A DNA stretch of 64,000 nucleotides from Bacteriovoracia bacterium (GCA_050251055.1 JBFWNL010000003.1:1-64000); one strand, 5' to 3'; positions 28,040 through 38,389 are shown, counted from the stretch's first letter. The notes: generated from the sequence alone by a model not told the origin. Numbers and translations are program-made.

Positions 28040-29221
28040 ATGGCCGTGGCGCTCCCCAATATCCGCACCTTAAAAGACCTGCACGTCCGCAACCAGCCGG
28101 TGTTCATCCGGTTGGACTTCAACGTTCCCTTGAGCGAGCCCGACGCCGAAGGCTTGCGCAAGGTGGAAGACGACACCCGCATCACCGAAGCCTTGCCCAC
28201 GATCAAGACCGTGATGGAAAAAGGCGGCAAGCTGATCCTGGCTTCCCACTTGGGGCGCCCCGACGGAAAGCGCACGCCCGAAGATTCGCTCGAACCCGTG
28301 GCGCGTCGCCTGGCCGAGCTGCTCGAAACCGAAGTCACGCTCGCCGAGGACTGCGTCGGCGAAGGCATCGAGCTCATGGTGAAAAACATGACGCCGGGCC
28401 AGGTGCTGCTGCTCGAAAACCTGCGCTACCATCCGGGCGAGGAAGCCAATAGCCTCGAGTTCTGCCACGACCTCGCGCGGCTCGCGAACGTCTACATCAA
28501 CGACGCGTTCGGCACGGCCCACCGCAAACACGCTTCCGTTTACGGCGTGCCGATGGTGATGGATCAGCGCGGAGCCGGCCTATTAATCGAAAAAGAATTA
28601 CTGTTCTTAAATCGCCTGCTCAATCAGCCCGCGCGGCCCTTCTATACGATCCTGGGTGGCTCCAAGGTCAGCGACAAGATCAAGACCATCGAAAATCTCT
28701 TGCCCGGCGTACAAGGTCTTTGCGTCGGCGGCGCGATGGCCTATGCGTTTTTGGCCGCGAAAGGCGAGAAAGTGCCGCCGCAGGCGAAGCAACCCGGGGC
28801 GGATGATATTCGCGCGGCCGAAAGTATCCTGCGCGAGGCAAAAAAACGCGAGCTGCCAGTGCTCCTGCCGGTCGATACGGTGGACACGTTCGACATCGGC
28901 CCCCAGACGATCGAGCTCTTTAAAAAATTCCTCGCCGGCGCGAAGACCGTTTTCTGGAACGGCCCTTTGGGCTGGTTTGAGAAACCCGAGTACGCCACCG
29001 GCACGTTTGAAATCGCGAAGATGCTCGCCGAAGTGAAGGCACTCAAAGTCGTGGGCGGCGGGGACACGGTTTCGGCGATTCACCAAAGCGGCATGACCGC
29101 GGGCTTTGACCACCTCTCCACCGGAGGCGGGGCCGTTTTGAAATACCTGGAAGGCAAGAGCCTCCCCGGCATCGACGCCCTGCGGATCACGCAGAAGGCG
29201 CAATCGCCGGTGCTCGAATAA
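28040..29221 (+). CDS. pgk: Phosphoglycerate kinase
   Basis: RLDFNVP, SHLGRP, LLENLRY, NDAFGTAHR, STGGGA. Confidence 0.97.
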   Translation: MAVALPNIRTLKDLHVRNQPVFIRLDFNVPLSEPDAEGLRKVEDDTRITEALPTIKTVMEKGGKLILASHLGRPDGKRTPEDSLEPVARRLAELLETEVTLAEDCVGEGIELMVKNMTPGQVLLLENLRYHPGEEANSLEFCHDLARLANVYINDAFGTAHRKHASVYGVPMVMDQRGAGLLIEKELLFLNRLLNQPARPFYTILGGSKVSDKIKTIENLLPGVQGLCVGGAMAYAFLAAKGEKVPPQAKQPGADDIRAAESILREAKKRELPVLLPVDTVDTFDIGPQTIELFKKFLAGAKTVFWNGPLGWFEKPEYATGTFEIAKMLAEVKALKVVGGGDTVSAIHQSGMTAGFDHLSTGGGAVLKYLEGKSLPGIDALRITQKAQSPVLE

Positions 29222-29224
29222 CTT

Positions 29225-30052
29225 ATGAATAAAACGCGCGGACTCATCATCGCCGGCAACTGGAAGATGAACCATGGACCGCGCGCGACGGCCGACTTTT
29301 TCACGCAGCTTAAAACCGGCTGGGCCAAACTCCCGGCCGCCGCGGCGCAAGCGCTGCAAGCAGGATCGGTCCACGCGCGTATTTTCACGCCCGCCGTAAG
29401 CTTGACCGCCGCACGCGAGTCGGCTGCCGGCACGCCGATCACGATTGGCGCCCAAAACGCACACGGCGAGAAAGACGGGGCTTTCACGGGTGAGCTTTCC
29501 GCCGGGCTGCTCCAGGAAGTTGGGATCGGATCGACCTTAGTGGGACACTCCGAGCGCCGGCAATTCTTCGGCGAAACCGACGCCACGGCCCGCGCCCGTG
29601 CGGAAGGCCTGCTCGCCCAAGGGATGGAAGTGATGTTCTGCATCGGCGAAACGCGCGTCGAGCGCGAAGGCGGGCAGACCAAAGCCGTGCTCGAGCGTCA
29701 GATCGACCAGGGCATGACGGCGGCGATGTTTTCGGCCGGCGCCGGCGCTCACGGCTTTCCGCGCTTCACCCTCGCCTATGAGCCGGTGTGGGCGATCGGC
29801 ACGGGTTTGAACGCCACGCCGGAACAAGCCGAAGAGGCGCACCAAATGATTCGCAAGCACCTGTGGACCCGGTTTGGCGTGGAAAACGCGAGCCGCACGC
29901 CTATCTTGTACGGCGGCAGCGTGAAACCCGATAACGTGGCTTCGCTGCTCGACGGCTCGAATGTCGACGGCGCGCTCGTCGGCGGCGCGAGCCTGAAAGC
30001 CGATTCGTATCTGGCGTTGCTCGCTGCTTGCGGCAAGTACGCTTACGCGTAG
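29225..30052 (+). CDS. tpiA: Triosephosphate isomerase
   Basis: AGNWKMN, GHSERR, AYEPVWAIGTG, LYGGSV, LVGGASL. Confidence 0.98.
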   Translation: MNKTRGLIIAGNWKMNHGPRATADFFTQLKTGWAKLPAAAAQALQAGSVHARIFTPAVSLTAARESAAGTPITIGAQNAHGEKDGAFTGELSAGLLQEVGIGSTLVGHSERRQFFGETDATARARAEGLLAQGMEVMFCIGETRVEREGGQTKAVLERQIDQGMTAAMFSAGAGAHGFPRFTLAYEPVWAIGTGLNATPEQAEEAHQMIRKHLWTRFGVENASRTPILYGGSVKPDNVASLLDGSNVDGALVGGASLKADSYLALLAACGKYAYA

Positions 30053-30058
30053 GGGCCG

Positions 30059-30712
30059 CTAACTTAAGAGCAGGTCCGATGGCTTTAGACCCAGCCCCTT
30101 CAAAAGCTCAAGAATCTTCTTCAGCAGCCGCTCAAACTCGCGGGTAAAATCGTCCCGGTTCATCCAACGGCGATAGGCTTCGGCTTCCTCCGGCGAGATC
30201 ACGCCGTCACCGTTGGTGTCGAAGTCGGATACATCGATGACCCCGTCACCATTCCGGTCGTACTTCTTCAGCAAAAACGCGGCGAGCTCCTCCGCGGAGA
30301 CTTTTCCGTCGCCGTCAGTATCGATCTCTTTCCAATACTTCTCGAAAAGCTTCAACAGCCGGATCATGCGGTTGAAAAGATAACAATAATCCGTGATGCA
30401 GCTGCCGAATTCGCGCAGCGACTTCAGGTTTTCTAGCGCCTCTTTTTTCCACGCCTCGCAGGTCTCGGGCATGGGGGAAAGCGTGCAATCAATGCGCTCA
30501 ATCTCGCGCCGAATCTTGTCTTTCCAGTCTTCGATATCGCTCGGTACGTCCTTGGGAAAAATCCGGCGTAAAGGCTCCAAGAAAGGGTTAGGAGCGGGAT
30601 TCACGGGAACCTTCCCGCCGCCGCCCGCCGATGCCAAGGCAGCCTCGGCCCGGACCCCACCCAATGCCGTGGCCAAAACCATTCCCATCACGATTACGAA
30701 AATGCCTCGCAT
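30059..30712 (-). CDS. Secreted EF-hand calcium-binding protein
   Basis: Signal peptide; loops DTDGDGKVSAEE, DRNGDGVIDVSD, DTNGDGVISPEE. Confidence 0.82.
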   Translation of the reverse strand: MRGIFVIVMGMVLATALGGVRAEAALASAGGGGKVPVNPAPNPFLEPLRRIFPKDVPSDIEDWKDKIRREIERIDCTLSPMPETCEAWKKEALENLKSLREFGSCITDYCYLFNRMIRLLKLFEKYWKEIDTDGDGKVSAEELAAFLLKKYDRNGDGVIDVSDFDTNGDGVISPEEAEAYRRWMNRDDFTREFERLLKKILELLKGLGLKPSDLLLS

Positions 30713-30932
30713 GGATTTTCCCCCTGTATCTAGTATAGAGGCAACCCTGGCCCGCCTCCACGAAATGCCCCCACGGAACCGTCTTCTTGTGCACTGGCGT
30801 TGGCTGTATAAGTATATGAAATAAAAAAGAATTATAACCCATCCCCGCGCCTCTCGCCCGCCCTGGCGGTGCGGGATGCCTCAACCAACCCGGTAGACAA
30901 AGGCAGGGGTCTCCGCTATATCCCTAAAAACC

Positions 30933-31295
30933 ATGAATACGCTCATTACGGTCGTGCACATCACCACGTGTTTCTTGTTGATCCTCGTCGTCCTGATCCA
31001 ATCGGGCAAGGGCGCGGAAATCAGCGCCTCTTTCGCCGGCTCCAGCCAAACCATCTTCGGCAGCTCGGGCGGCGCGAACTTCTTCACGAAGCTGACGGGT
31101 ACGCTGGCCGGGATTTTCATGCTGACGTCGCTCGTACTGACGATCATGGGTAGCCCGCGCACCCTGATGCGCGCCGAACCTTCGGCCGCGACGCCGCCCA
31201 CGCAAACGGCGCCGGCGCAAACCACTCCGGGCGCCGCCACGACCGCGAACCCGGCCGCTCCCGCCCAGGCTCCGGCAGAACCCGCTAAGAAGTAA
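30933..31295 (+). CDS. secG: Preprotein translocase SecG
   Basis: VLIQSGKGA...FGSSGGANFFTKLT. Confidence 0.95.
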   Translation: MNTLITVVHITTCFLLILVVLIQSGKGAEISASFAGSSQTIFGSSGGANFFTKLTGTLAGIFMLTSLVLTIMGSPRTLMRAEPSAATPPTQTAPAQTTPGAATTANPAAPAQAPAEPAKK

Positions 31296-31297
31296 TC

Positions 31298-31792
31298 GTG
31301 CTCCGTAAGATTTTCCCGCTCGTTTATGTGACTCTCGCCAGCTGGATGCCGCTATCCGCTGCCTTCGCCGACGAGGTGGTCGACATTTCCAAACCCAACG
31401 TCGTTTCCGTAGAGCTCTTGGGCCGCGCGGTGATCTACAGCCTCAACTACGATCGGCTGGTGAGCGACAGCATTGCCTTGGGCGCCGGCATTTCGGCGTA
31501 CTCGGTGTCCTACTTCGGCGCGGGAAACAGCTATTTCCTCCTACCGACGTATCTAAATTATTATCTCAGCCCCAAGATCGGCCGTGGCTTCTTCACGGGC
31601 GGGTTCACCTTCGCGCTCTCGGGTGCCACCGCCTCGTCCACGGGCCCCTTCGTCGGGGCTGGCGTGGCGTTGACGGCGGGCGGTGGTTATGAGTACCGCT
31701 ATCAAGGCGCGATCCTGCGCGCCGCCGGCTACTTCCTGGTAGGCAAAACTTTCCAGCCCTGGCTCGGCGTCAGCGCGGGCCTCATCTTTTAG
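31298..31792 (+). CDS. Small outer-membrane beta-barrel-like protein
   Basis: Signal peptide, ELLGR..YSLNYDR, alternating strands, C-terminal Phe. Confidence 0.7.
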   Translation: MLRKIFPLVYVTLASWMPLSAAFADEVVDISKPNVVSVELLGRAVIYSLNYDRLVSDSIALGAGISAYSVSYFGAGNSYFLLPTYLNYYLSPKIGRGFFTGGFTFALSGATASSTGPFVGAGVALTAGGGYEYRYQGAILRAAGYFLVGKTFQPWLGVSAGLIF

Positions 31793-31831
31793 TCCATCTC
31801 CCGCGGTTTTCCCCGTGTTAGAATTAAACTC

Positions 31832-32644
31832 GTGAAGCCGAATTTACGGCGCATTCGCGCGCTCGCCCTCATCGGCATGGCCGCCACCCTCGGAACCGCA
31901 GCTTCCGCGCGCGCGGCGATCCCCCTCCCCCTCGGCGAAGGCGATCTGGCCAACCAGATCGCCGCGCAGTCCGGCAGCGTCAGTACCCCCGTCATCAAAA
32001 CCGTCGGCGTGGGCTTCATGCACCGACCTTACGAGCCGGCTACGCCACTGGGAACTTCCGCGGGCATCGACTTCAGCATCGAAACCACGATGGCGAAGAT
32101 CCCTCAGGATTTCAAGGACGCCCTAGCCACGCTCGGCAACGGGGACGCCGACGGATTGCCTGTGCTCCCCGTGCCGAAGCTTCACTTTCACAAGGGATTC
32201 GGCCGTACCGATGTCGGTGTCTCGGCCATCGGCTACCAGGGATACCTCGCTTACGGCGCCGACGTGAAGGTCGTGATTTACAACCCCGAGGAGGGACTGA
32301 CGTGGGCGCTACGGCTTTCCTACAGCTATACGAAGCTGGGGATCGTAACGGCGAAGACCTGGGAACCCGCTATCCTCATCTCCCGTGGTTTCAGTTTCGC
32401 CAACACCTACGCGGGCCTGGGCGTCCAGCTCGTCTCCGGCTCGTTACATGTCGAGCACGAATTCGATACCCCGTTTGGCCCACAGACTTACGCGCAAGAC
32501 TTCACCGCTACCGCGCGTGCCGTTTCCCTTTTCATGGGCGTCGGCTTCTGGATCGGCCCTACCGGTCTGAAACTTACGCTCGAAGGCTCCTTCAGCAGCG
32601 CCCAGGCCCATACCATGGGCATGAAGTTCGGCTTTAATTTCTAG
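31832..32644 (+). CDS. Outer-membrane beta-barrel-like protein
   Basis: Signal peptide, amphipathic strands, ends KFGFNF. Confidence 0.72.
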   Translation: MKPNLRRIRALALIGMAATLGTAASARAAIPLPLGEGDLANQIAAQSGSVSTPVIKTVGVGFMHRPYEPATPLGTSAGIDFSIETTMAKIPQDFKDALATLGNGDADGLPVLPVPKLHFHKGFGRTDVGVSAIGYQGYLAYGADVKVVIYNPEEGLTWALRLSYSYTKLGIVTAKTWEPAILISRGFSFANTYAGLGVQLVSGSLHVEHEFDTPFGPQTYAQDFTATARAVSLFMGVGFWIGPTGLKLTLEGSFSSAQAHTMGMKFGFNF

Positions 32645-32746
32645 ACCGTGTCTTCAGTGAGACGGCCAGCCAACGCCAGTGCACAGAATCCTATCCCTAT
32701 TCGCATATCGCGGGCAGATGTCCCCCACGCCCGTTAAGCTAGAAGC

Positions 32747-33151
32747 ATGTCGCAAATAAATTCGCCGTTGTCCCAATCGCTTCTAACCTGGATGGCTTGC
32801 ACCTTGGTGCTAACCGCATCCGCATGCATGTATTCCCCCGGAGAACGGGAAGCTTACTTCGACGCGCGTCGACGCTGTGTACAAGCCAATCCGCCGCCGG
32901 AAGGCAAGGCCGCCTGCCTGAGCAATCTGGAAGAACAGAAACGAAAACGCGATGAAGAACTCCAGATTAATCCGCTTCCCCGAAATGCCATCGTCGAAAA
33001 TCTCGACGAGATCGAGTCGGAGCTAGGCAAAATTCTCCCGTCCGACGAGCTCCAGGACTTCCTGGGATTGCCCAAAGAGGAAAAAATTACCCTGTTGATC
33101 TATGCATTGGCGGATCTCGCGCCGAAAACCGAAGAAAACAGCGGAAAATAG
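32747..33151 (+). CDS. Hypothetical lipoprotein
   Basis: Lipobox-like ASAC; 134 aa. Confidence 0.6.
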   Translation: MSQINSPLSQSLLTWMACTLVLTASACMYSPGEREAYFDARRRCVQANPPPEGKAACLSNLEEQKRKRDEELQINPLPRNAIVENLDEIESELGKILPSDELQDFLGLPKEEKITLLIYALADLAPKTEENSGK

Positions 33152-33189
33152 CGCGATTTTTTTGGAGCCCTGCCTTAAAATCTAAGGAA

Positions 33190-34197
33190 ATGGCTCTAAG
33201 ATCGCTCAAGATCGTCGTGCTGTTTGATTTCGCCGCGGCTCCGCCGGCGGATCACGATTATTCCACCTACTGGCAAGATCCGGAATGGCGCACCGAGCGC
33301 AACGTCGTCCAGACCCTACGCGCGCTGGGTCACCAGATTCATCTTTTTGGCATTCACGATACGGTCGATCCGCTGCTGGAGTTCCTGCGAGCGGAGCGGC
33401 CCGACCTCGTCTTCAATCTCTGCGAAGCGTTCGCCGGCGACCGGGAGCACGAAGCCAAGCTCGTGGCCATGCTAGAGCTATTGGGCATTCCGATCACGGG
33501 CAGCTCCTCTGTCGCCCTATCGCTCTGCAAAGACAAGGCGCTTACCAAAAAAATCATCGCTCACCACGATGTGTGCGTTCCACGCTTCGCCGTATCTAGC
33601 CCAGAGCGACCGCTGCGCAAGCTCCCCGACTTGAACACCCTGACATTCCCCGTACTAGTGAAACCGCTGGGTCTGGAAGCTTCCGAAGGCATCGCCCAAG
33701 GCTCCCTGGCGCAGTCCGCCGCCGCCGCCTTGGCGCGCGCGCGGCATCTGCACCGCAAGTATGGCGTGGACGTGATCGTGGAAGAGTACATCGTCGGGCG
33801 CGAGATCTATGTCTCCGTGATCGGCGACCAAGTTCTCCCGCCGCGCGAGCTGGTATTTTCGAAAATGCCCTCCGACCGCCCCCGTTTCGCCACCTATCAT
33901 GCCAAGTGGGACGAAGCCTACCGCCGACGCTGGGGCATCCAAACCCGTCCCCTCCGAGGGGTGGATAAGGAAGTCCTGGACCGGATCTTCGACGTGGCCA
34001 CGGAGGCCTACCGCGCCCTGGGGATTACCGGCTACGCCCGCATGGACTTTCGGTTAAACGATTCCGGTGAGCTTTACTTCATCGAAGCCAACCCAAACCC
34101 TTCTATCGCCCGCGAAGACGACTTTGCCCGCTCGGCGGCGGCGGGGGGGCTTGACTATCCCGCGCTTTTGGGAAAAATCATCGAACTAGCCCTATGA
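33190..34197 (+). CDS. D-Ala-D-Ala ligase-like ATP-grasp protein
   Basis: PDLVFNLCE, DKALTK, VKP..EASEGI, EEYIVGRE, RMDFR, IEANPNP. Confidence 0.9.
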   Translation: MALRSLKIVVLFDFAAAPPADHDYSTYWQDPEWRTERNVVQTLRALGHQIHLFGIHDTVDPLLEFLRAERPDLVFNLCEAFAGDREHEAKLVAMLELLGIPITGSSSVALSLCKDKALTKKIIAHHDVCVPRFAVSSPERPLRKLPDLNTLTFPVLVKPLGLEASEGIAQGSLAQSAAAALARARHLHRKYGVDVIVEEYIVGREIYVSVIGDQVLPPRELVFSKMPSDRPRFATYHAKWDEAYRRRWGIQTRPLRGVDKEVLDRIFDVATEAYRALGITGYARMDFRLNDSGELYFIEANPNPSIAREDDFARSAAAGGLDYPALLGKIIELAL

Positions 34198-34958
34198 AAC
34201 TGATTTCTTGGAATGTGAATGGGATTCGGGCCGCGACCCGCGGCGGCTTTTTGAAGTGGCTCGAGCAGGAAGACGCCGACGTCGTGTGCTTGCAGGAGAC
34301 CAAGGCTACCGCCGCGCAACTCGAGCCCGCGGTACGCAGCCCGCTGAAGTACCGAACCGTGTGGCACTCCGCCCAGAAGGCCGGTTACAGTGGCGTCGCG
34401 ATCCTCAGCAAGCACGACCCGCTCGAAATCCGCGAAGGCATGGGCGTCGAGGACATCGACGCCGAGGGCCGGGTGCTGATTTTCGAATACCCGAACTTCG
34501 TCCTCATCAACGCGTATTTTCCCAACAGCCAGCGCGAACACGCGCGGCTTCCCTATAAGCTCGCCTTCTGCAAGGAGATGCTTAAGCTCTGCAACAAATA
34601 CAAAGCCAAGGGCAAGAACATCGTCCTTTGCGGCGATTACAACATCGCCCACCGCGAAATCGATCTCAAGAACCCGAAATCCAACACGAAGAACGCGGGT
34701 TTTCTACCGGAAGAGCGCGCGTGGATGGATCAGTTCCTGAAGGCGGGATACAGTGACGTATTCCGCGATCAACATCCCGAGCCCGGTCATTACACCTGGT
34801 GGAGCTATCGCCCCGGCGTGCGCGAGAAAAACATCGGTTGGCGTATCGACTACCACTGCGTGAACTCAGAGTTCGCCGACCGCGTGAAACGCACGGAGAT
34901 TCATCCGCACGTCATGGGCTCGGACCATTGCCCGATTCTTTTGGAAGTAAAGAAATGA
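34194..34958 (+). CDS. xth: Exodeoxyribonuclease III
   Basis: SWNVNGIRA, CLQETK, GDYNIAH, YTWWSYR, GWRIDY, GSDHCP. Confidence 0.97.
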   Translation: MKLISWNVNGIRAATRGGFLKWLEQEDADVVCLQETKATAAQLEPAVRSPLKYRTVWHSAQKAGYSGVAILSKHDPLEIREGMGVEDIDAEGRVLIFEYPNFVLINAYFPNSQREHARLPYKLAFCKEMLKLCNKYKAKGKNIVLCGDYNIAHREIDLKNPKSNTKNAGFLPEERAWMDQFLKAGYSDVFRDQHPEPGHYTWWSYRPGVREKNIGWRIDYHCVNSEFADRVKRTEIHPHVMGSDHCPILLEVKK

Positions 34959-36097
34959 CGCCGCTGCACGGTGCTCTGATCCGTGCTTCTCGTCAATTCG
35001 CTACGCTCGGCGCCTTGGCCGCGGTCACGAGCTGTACTGCGTCCTTTCAAAACGCGGTGGATGCCCAATACTACCTCTTCGTTTCCGCCAACGGGACCAG
35101 TCCCTATTCCATCAACGCGTTTTCTCTGGATGCCGTATCGCGCCTCACGGAGGGCACCCAGAACTCGGTCGATAACTCCTCGCCCCTCGTAGTCTCTCAT
35201 CCCAGCCGGCCTTGGATCGCAACGTCGACCTATGCGGGAAGCCCGCGACTGGTGACCACTTATTCCGTAAATGCGGCCGACGGCGCCCTCACGCAAATGT
35301 CACAGCTAACGATCGGAAATCAATCCCTGCGGGCATTGGCGCTGGACCCCATCGGTGAGTTTATCGTGGTGGGCATGGACACCTACCTACATCTGGTGCG
35401 GTGGGACGCCCGAACGGGCGCCGTCACTTCCCTCCCGGGCTATGACTATGTCACCCTCGATATCCAGGTCCCGGCGATGGCTTTTCATCCGAATGGAATC
35501 TGGCTTTATGTCATTCGACAAAGCACGATTTCGGTTTCCTACCTCGATGTATTCAGTATCGCCCGTGAGGCCGGAACTCTGACCCTGATGCAATCATTAG
35601 CGCTCGGGGCCAACCAAGACTACCGACGTTTAGTCATGCATCCAGATGGGCACACGCTGATTGGTTCGGAAGTCGTAAGCGGCGGCTCGGGGGTCGTTTC
35701 TTTCTCCATCGACCCGAGCACCGGCCTCGCCACATATGTAACTAAAAATCTCGGTATCATCGGCGGCCAGGGTGGATTCAAGTTCACCTCCGACGGTCGC
35801 TATCTCGTCAATTGGGCTTCGGCCGGTAGCCTGCAGCTCTATCGTTTGGATTCCGAAACTCACCTATTGAGTCTCTATTTCACGCAAAGTACGAACGTGG
35901 GATCGAACACCAATATCTTCGACCTAGCGATCAGCCCGGACGGTACGAAGATATATGGAGCCGAATATGGCGCGGGCAAACTCTACGAGCTTGGGCTAGA
36001 CGAAGCGTCCGGATACGTAACGTTACTTCAGACTTTCACTACTCCGCTGCAACCCCAGCGCATCGCGATTGTTCGTACCCTTAAACCTGCACCCTAG
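34955..36097 (+). CDS. Lactonase-like 7-bladed beta-propeller lipoprotein
   Basis: ATGA overlap with xth; lipobox VTSC; repeats HPSRPW, DPIGEF, HPNGIWLY, HPDGHTL, SDGRYL, SPDGTKIY. Confidence 0.8.
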   Translation: MTPLHGALIRASRQFATLGALAAVTSCTASFQNAVDAQYYLFVSANGTSPYSINAFSLDAVSRLTEGTQNSVDNSSPLVVSHPSRPWIATSTYAGSPRLVTTYSVNAADGALTQMSQLTIGNQSLRALALDPIGEFIVVGMDTYLHLVRWDARTGAVTSLPGYDYVTLDIQVPAMAFHPNGIWLYVIRQSTISVSYLDVFSIAREAGTLTLMQSLALGANQDYRRLVMHPDGHTLIGSEVVSGGSGVVSFSIDPSTGLATYVTKNLGIIGGQGGFKFTSDGRYLVNWASAGSLQLYRLDSETHLLSLYFTQSTNVGSNTNIFDLAISPDGTKIYGAEYGAGKLYELGLDEASGYVTLLQTFTTPLQPQRIAIVRTLKPAP

Positions 36098-36522
36098 TCC
36101 AGCTTCTCGACTGCGATGCCAACGGATTTCAGCAGCTCGAGCGAGTCGCGCACGCGATAGTCCTCGCCGTAAAAGACTTTCTTCACGTTACCGAGGTTGA
36201 TGAGACGCTTGGCGCAGGCCACGCAAGGCAAGTGGGTGACAAACACAAACTTCTCGACGCTACGGGGAGAGTCGCAGTTAATGACCGCGTTTTCCTCGGA
36301 GTGCAGACAGCCGCAGTTCCCTGGCTCCTCACGGTCACAGCCGTTGCGCAAACCCGTGGCGTTACCGTTGTAACCGACGGCGAGGACCTTGCGAAAATCA
36401 GTGCTGGTAATGACGGTACCAACGTTCAACCGTCGGCAGGTGGAGCGCGCGGCCAAAGTTTGCGCGAGCTTCAGGTAGATGCTTTCGAAACTCGGCCGAG
36501 GCGGAACCTTATCCAAGCTCAC
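36094..36522 (-). CDS. dCMP deaminase / ComEB family
   Basis: RSTC.RLNVG, GYNG, HSEENA, THLPC..CAK. Confidence 0.93.
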   Translation of the reverse strand: MSLDKVPPRPSFESIYLKLAQTLAARSTCRRLNVGTVITSTDFRKVLAVGYNGNATGLRNGCDREEPGNCGCLHSEENAVINCDSPRSVEKFVFVTHLPCVACAKRLINLGNVKKVFYGEDYRVRDSLELLKSVGIAVEKLD

Positions 36523-37082
36523 TTGCCGGATCCTTCGCCTTCCGTGCGCAACGCGGGCTTCACGGGAATGTTGATGTAGCCTAAATAAGTTTGTAGCTCG
36601 CGGATCGACTCGTGAATGTCACCCACCGCGCGATGGGCGTTCTGCTTGGCGAAGTTCACGCCGTAACGCTCGCGGAAGACCTCTTTCCAAGACGTCACAT
36701 CCACCATCCGGTAGTGCAGACGCTGGGTGAACTCTTTCAAGTAACGATCGATGAAACGCCGGTCGTTGCCGATGGAGTTCCCGACAATCACCACCCGATC
36801 CGTCTTCGCGTAATGGCGGTCAAGCAACGCAATCATCTCTTTTTCTACTTCCGCAATGGGGGTGCCGGTAGGAATGGCCTTCGTCAGGCCGCTCTCGCCG
36901 TGGGTCTTCTGGCACCAGTCGTCCATCAGGGCAAGGATCTCGGGGGGCTGGAACACCACGCGGTGGTACTCCTCGAGCGGTTTGAAATTCCAGTCGGTCA
37001 CCACGGCCGCCACTTCAATGATGTGGTGGACATTTTCGTCGAGGCCGGTCATTTCGAGGTCGATCCAAAGCAGAGGTTTCAT
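36519..37082 (-). CDS. orn: Oligoribonuclease
   Basis: WIDLEMTGL, HGESGL, GNSIG.DRRF, HYRMVDV, HRA..DI.ESI. Confidence 0.96.
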   Translation of the reverse strand: MKPLLWIDLEMTGLDENVHHIIEVAAVVTDWNFKPLEEYHRVVFQPPEILALMDDWCQKTHGESGLTKAIPTGTPIAEVEKEMIALLDRHYAKTDRVVIVGNSIGNDRRFIDRYLKEFTQRLHYRMVDVTSWKEVFRERYGVNFAKQNAHRAVGDIHESIRELQTYLGYINIPVKPALRTEGEGSGK

Positions 37083-37175
37083 ATCGCGTAGGAACGATTT
37101 AATCGGAAAAGCAGTTGTTTTTCAATCCAATTGCCGACAAACTTTGGAATTCAAACCACTCAGGAGGAGAAACTT

Positions 37176-37697
37176 ATGAAGAAACATATTTTCGCGATTG
37201 GGCTTTGCGCCATTTCCGCCACCGCATTCGCCGGAAAGGACCATCATGCGCCGGCCCCGATGCCCAAGGAGTTCGATAGCCTGAAGGCCCTGGTCGGGAC
37301 CTGGGAAGGCACGACGATGATGGAAGGCAAGGAAATGAAGGCCACGACGACGTACGAGCTCACCTCCGGTGGCACCGCCATCGTGGAGAAGCTCGGCCCC
37401 GGAACCCCGCACGAAATGGTTTCGATCTATCACAAATCCGGCAAGAGCCTGGCCATGACCCACTATTGCGCGATTGGCAACCAGCCGTTCATGAAGCTCA
37501 AGAAACACGACGGCAAGACCATGGCCTTCGAGATGGACATGAAGAAGCCCGTTGGCGTGGACTCCCACAAGGAAATGCACATGCATGCGGTTTCGTTCGA
37601 GTTCACCGATGCCGATCACTTCAAGCAAAACTGGACGAACATGGTGGATGGCAAGGTGGCCGACACCGCCGTCTTCACGATGACCCGCAAGAAGTAA
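37176..37697 (+). CDS. Secreted beta-barrel (lipocalin/DUF1579-like) hypothetical protein
   Basis: RBS AGGAGG; signal peptide; LKALVGTWEG, MTHYCAIGNQP. Confidence 0.8.
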   Translation: MKKHIFAIGLCAISATAFAGKDHHAPAPMPKEFDSLKALVGTWEGTTMMEGKEMKATTTYELTSGGTAIVEKLGPGTPHEMVSIYHKSGKSLAMTHYCAIGNQPFMKLKKHDGKTMAFEMDMKKPVGVDSHKEMHMHAVSFEFTDADHFKQNWTNMVDGKVADTAVFTMTRKK

Positions 37698-37728
37698 GCG
37701 GCGTCGGTTTGCGGCTTTTTCAAAACGG

Positions 37729-37761
37729 AAAGGCGCCTTCGGAAACGAGGGCGCCTTTTTT
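37729..37761. terminator. Intrinsic (probably bidirectional) terminator
   Basis: AAAGGCGCCTTCG-GAAA-CGAGGGCGCCTTT then T-run. Confidence 0.85.
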
Positions 37762-38389
37762 ATTTGGGCGACTCAGGGGAAGGCGACGCATCTTCGCCAA
37801 AGCTCCAGCGCAGGCGAATGCCGACATCAAAGACACAAACCGAAGAAATCGCGTACTCACCGCTTCCGACTCCCGAATAGCTGACCGTCTTGCCGGGCAG
37901 CCAATACACCGTCAGGGCCGGACCATAGGAAAATGTCGGCCCAGATCGAAAAAGGTAACTCAGCGAAGGACCGATCGCCCAATTGTCATAAGCCCCGATC
38001 CCAATCGGAAGGACGAACCACTGGGAGGTGAAGCCGGTCGCCTTTCCCAGTTTCAGCCCGAGCCACAGCGCGCTCGACTCGGAACGGCTAGCCGCGTAGA
38101 ACGCCTCCACCCCGTAGAAGTTCAGAAAAGACAGCGTAAAAAAACTAGCGCCGAAGGTCGCCTTGAAATCGTAAAAGCCACCGACCGTCCAATCCTGGCC
38201 TAGACCCGCTTGAAGCTCAAGGCCGGTCGTCGCGCCAAAGCTCGAAGCCACTTCCGAGTTAGAGAAGGTCTTCGTAAAGCCTAAGCCCGTCTCGACGTGA
38301 ACAGGCAAAGCGTGCGCAGCGGCCGGGCCGCCGACGCCGACCACGAATCCCGCGATCACGAACTCTACGGCCAATAAGCTCGGTTTCAT
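37760..38389 (-). CDS. Outer-membrane beta-barrel-like hypothetical protein
   Basis: Signal peptide; aromatic/Gly-rich strands ending GIRLRWSF. Confidence 0.65.
   Translation of the reverse strand: MKPSLLAVEFVIAGFVVGVGGPAAAHALPVHVETGLGFTKTFSNSEVASSFGATTGLELQAGLGQDWTVGGFYDFKATFGASFFTLSFLNFYGVEAFYAASRSESSALWLGLKLGKATGFTSQWFVLPIGIGAYDNWAIGPSLSYLFRSGPTFSYGPALTVYWLPGKTVSYSGVGSGEYAISSVCVFDVGIRLRWSFGEDASPSPESPK

Noticed and set aside
31296-31400. tRNA-Leu often found after secG
   Set aside because: No cloverleaf or TTCGA arm; a CDS starts at 31298
4791-34958. Apparent DNA-repair island (dinG, mutT-like, nth, polX, xth)
   Set aside because: Genes are scattered among unrelated housekeeping genes; only nth-polX are linked
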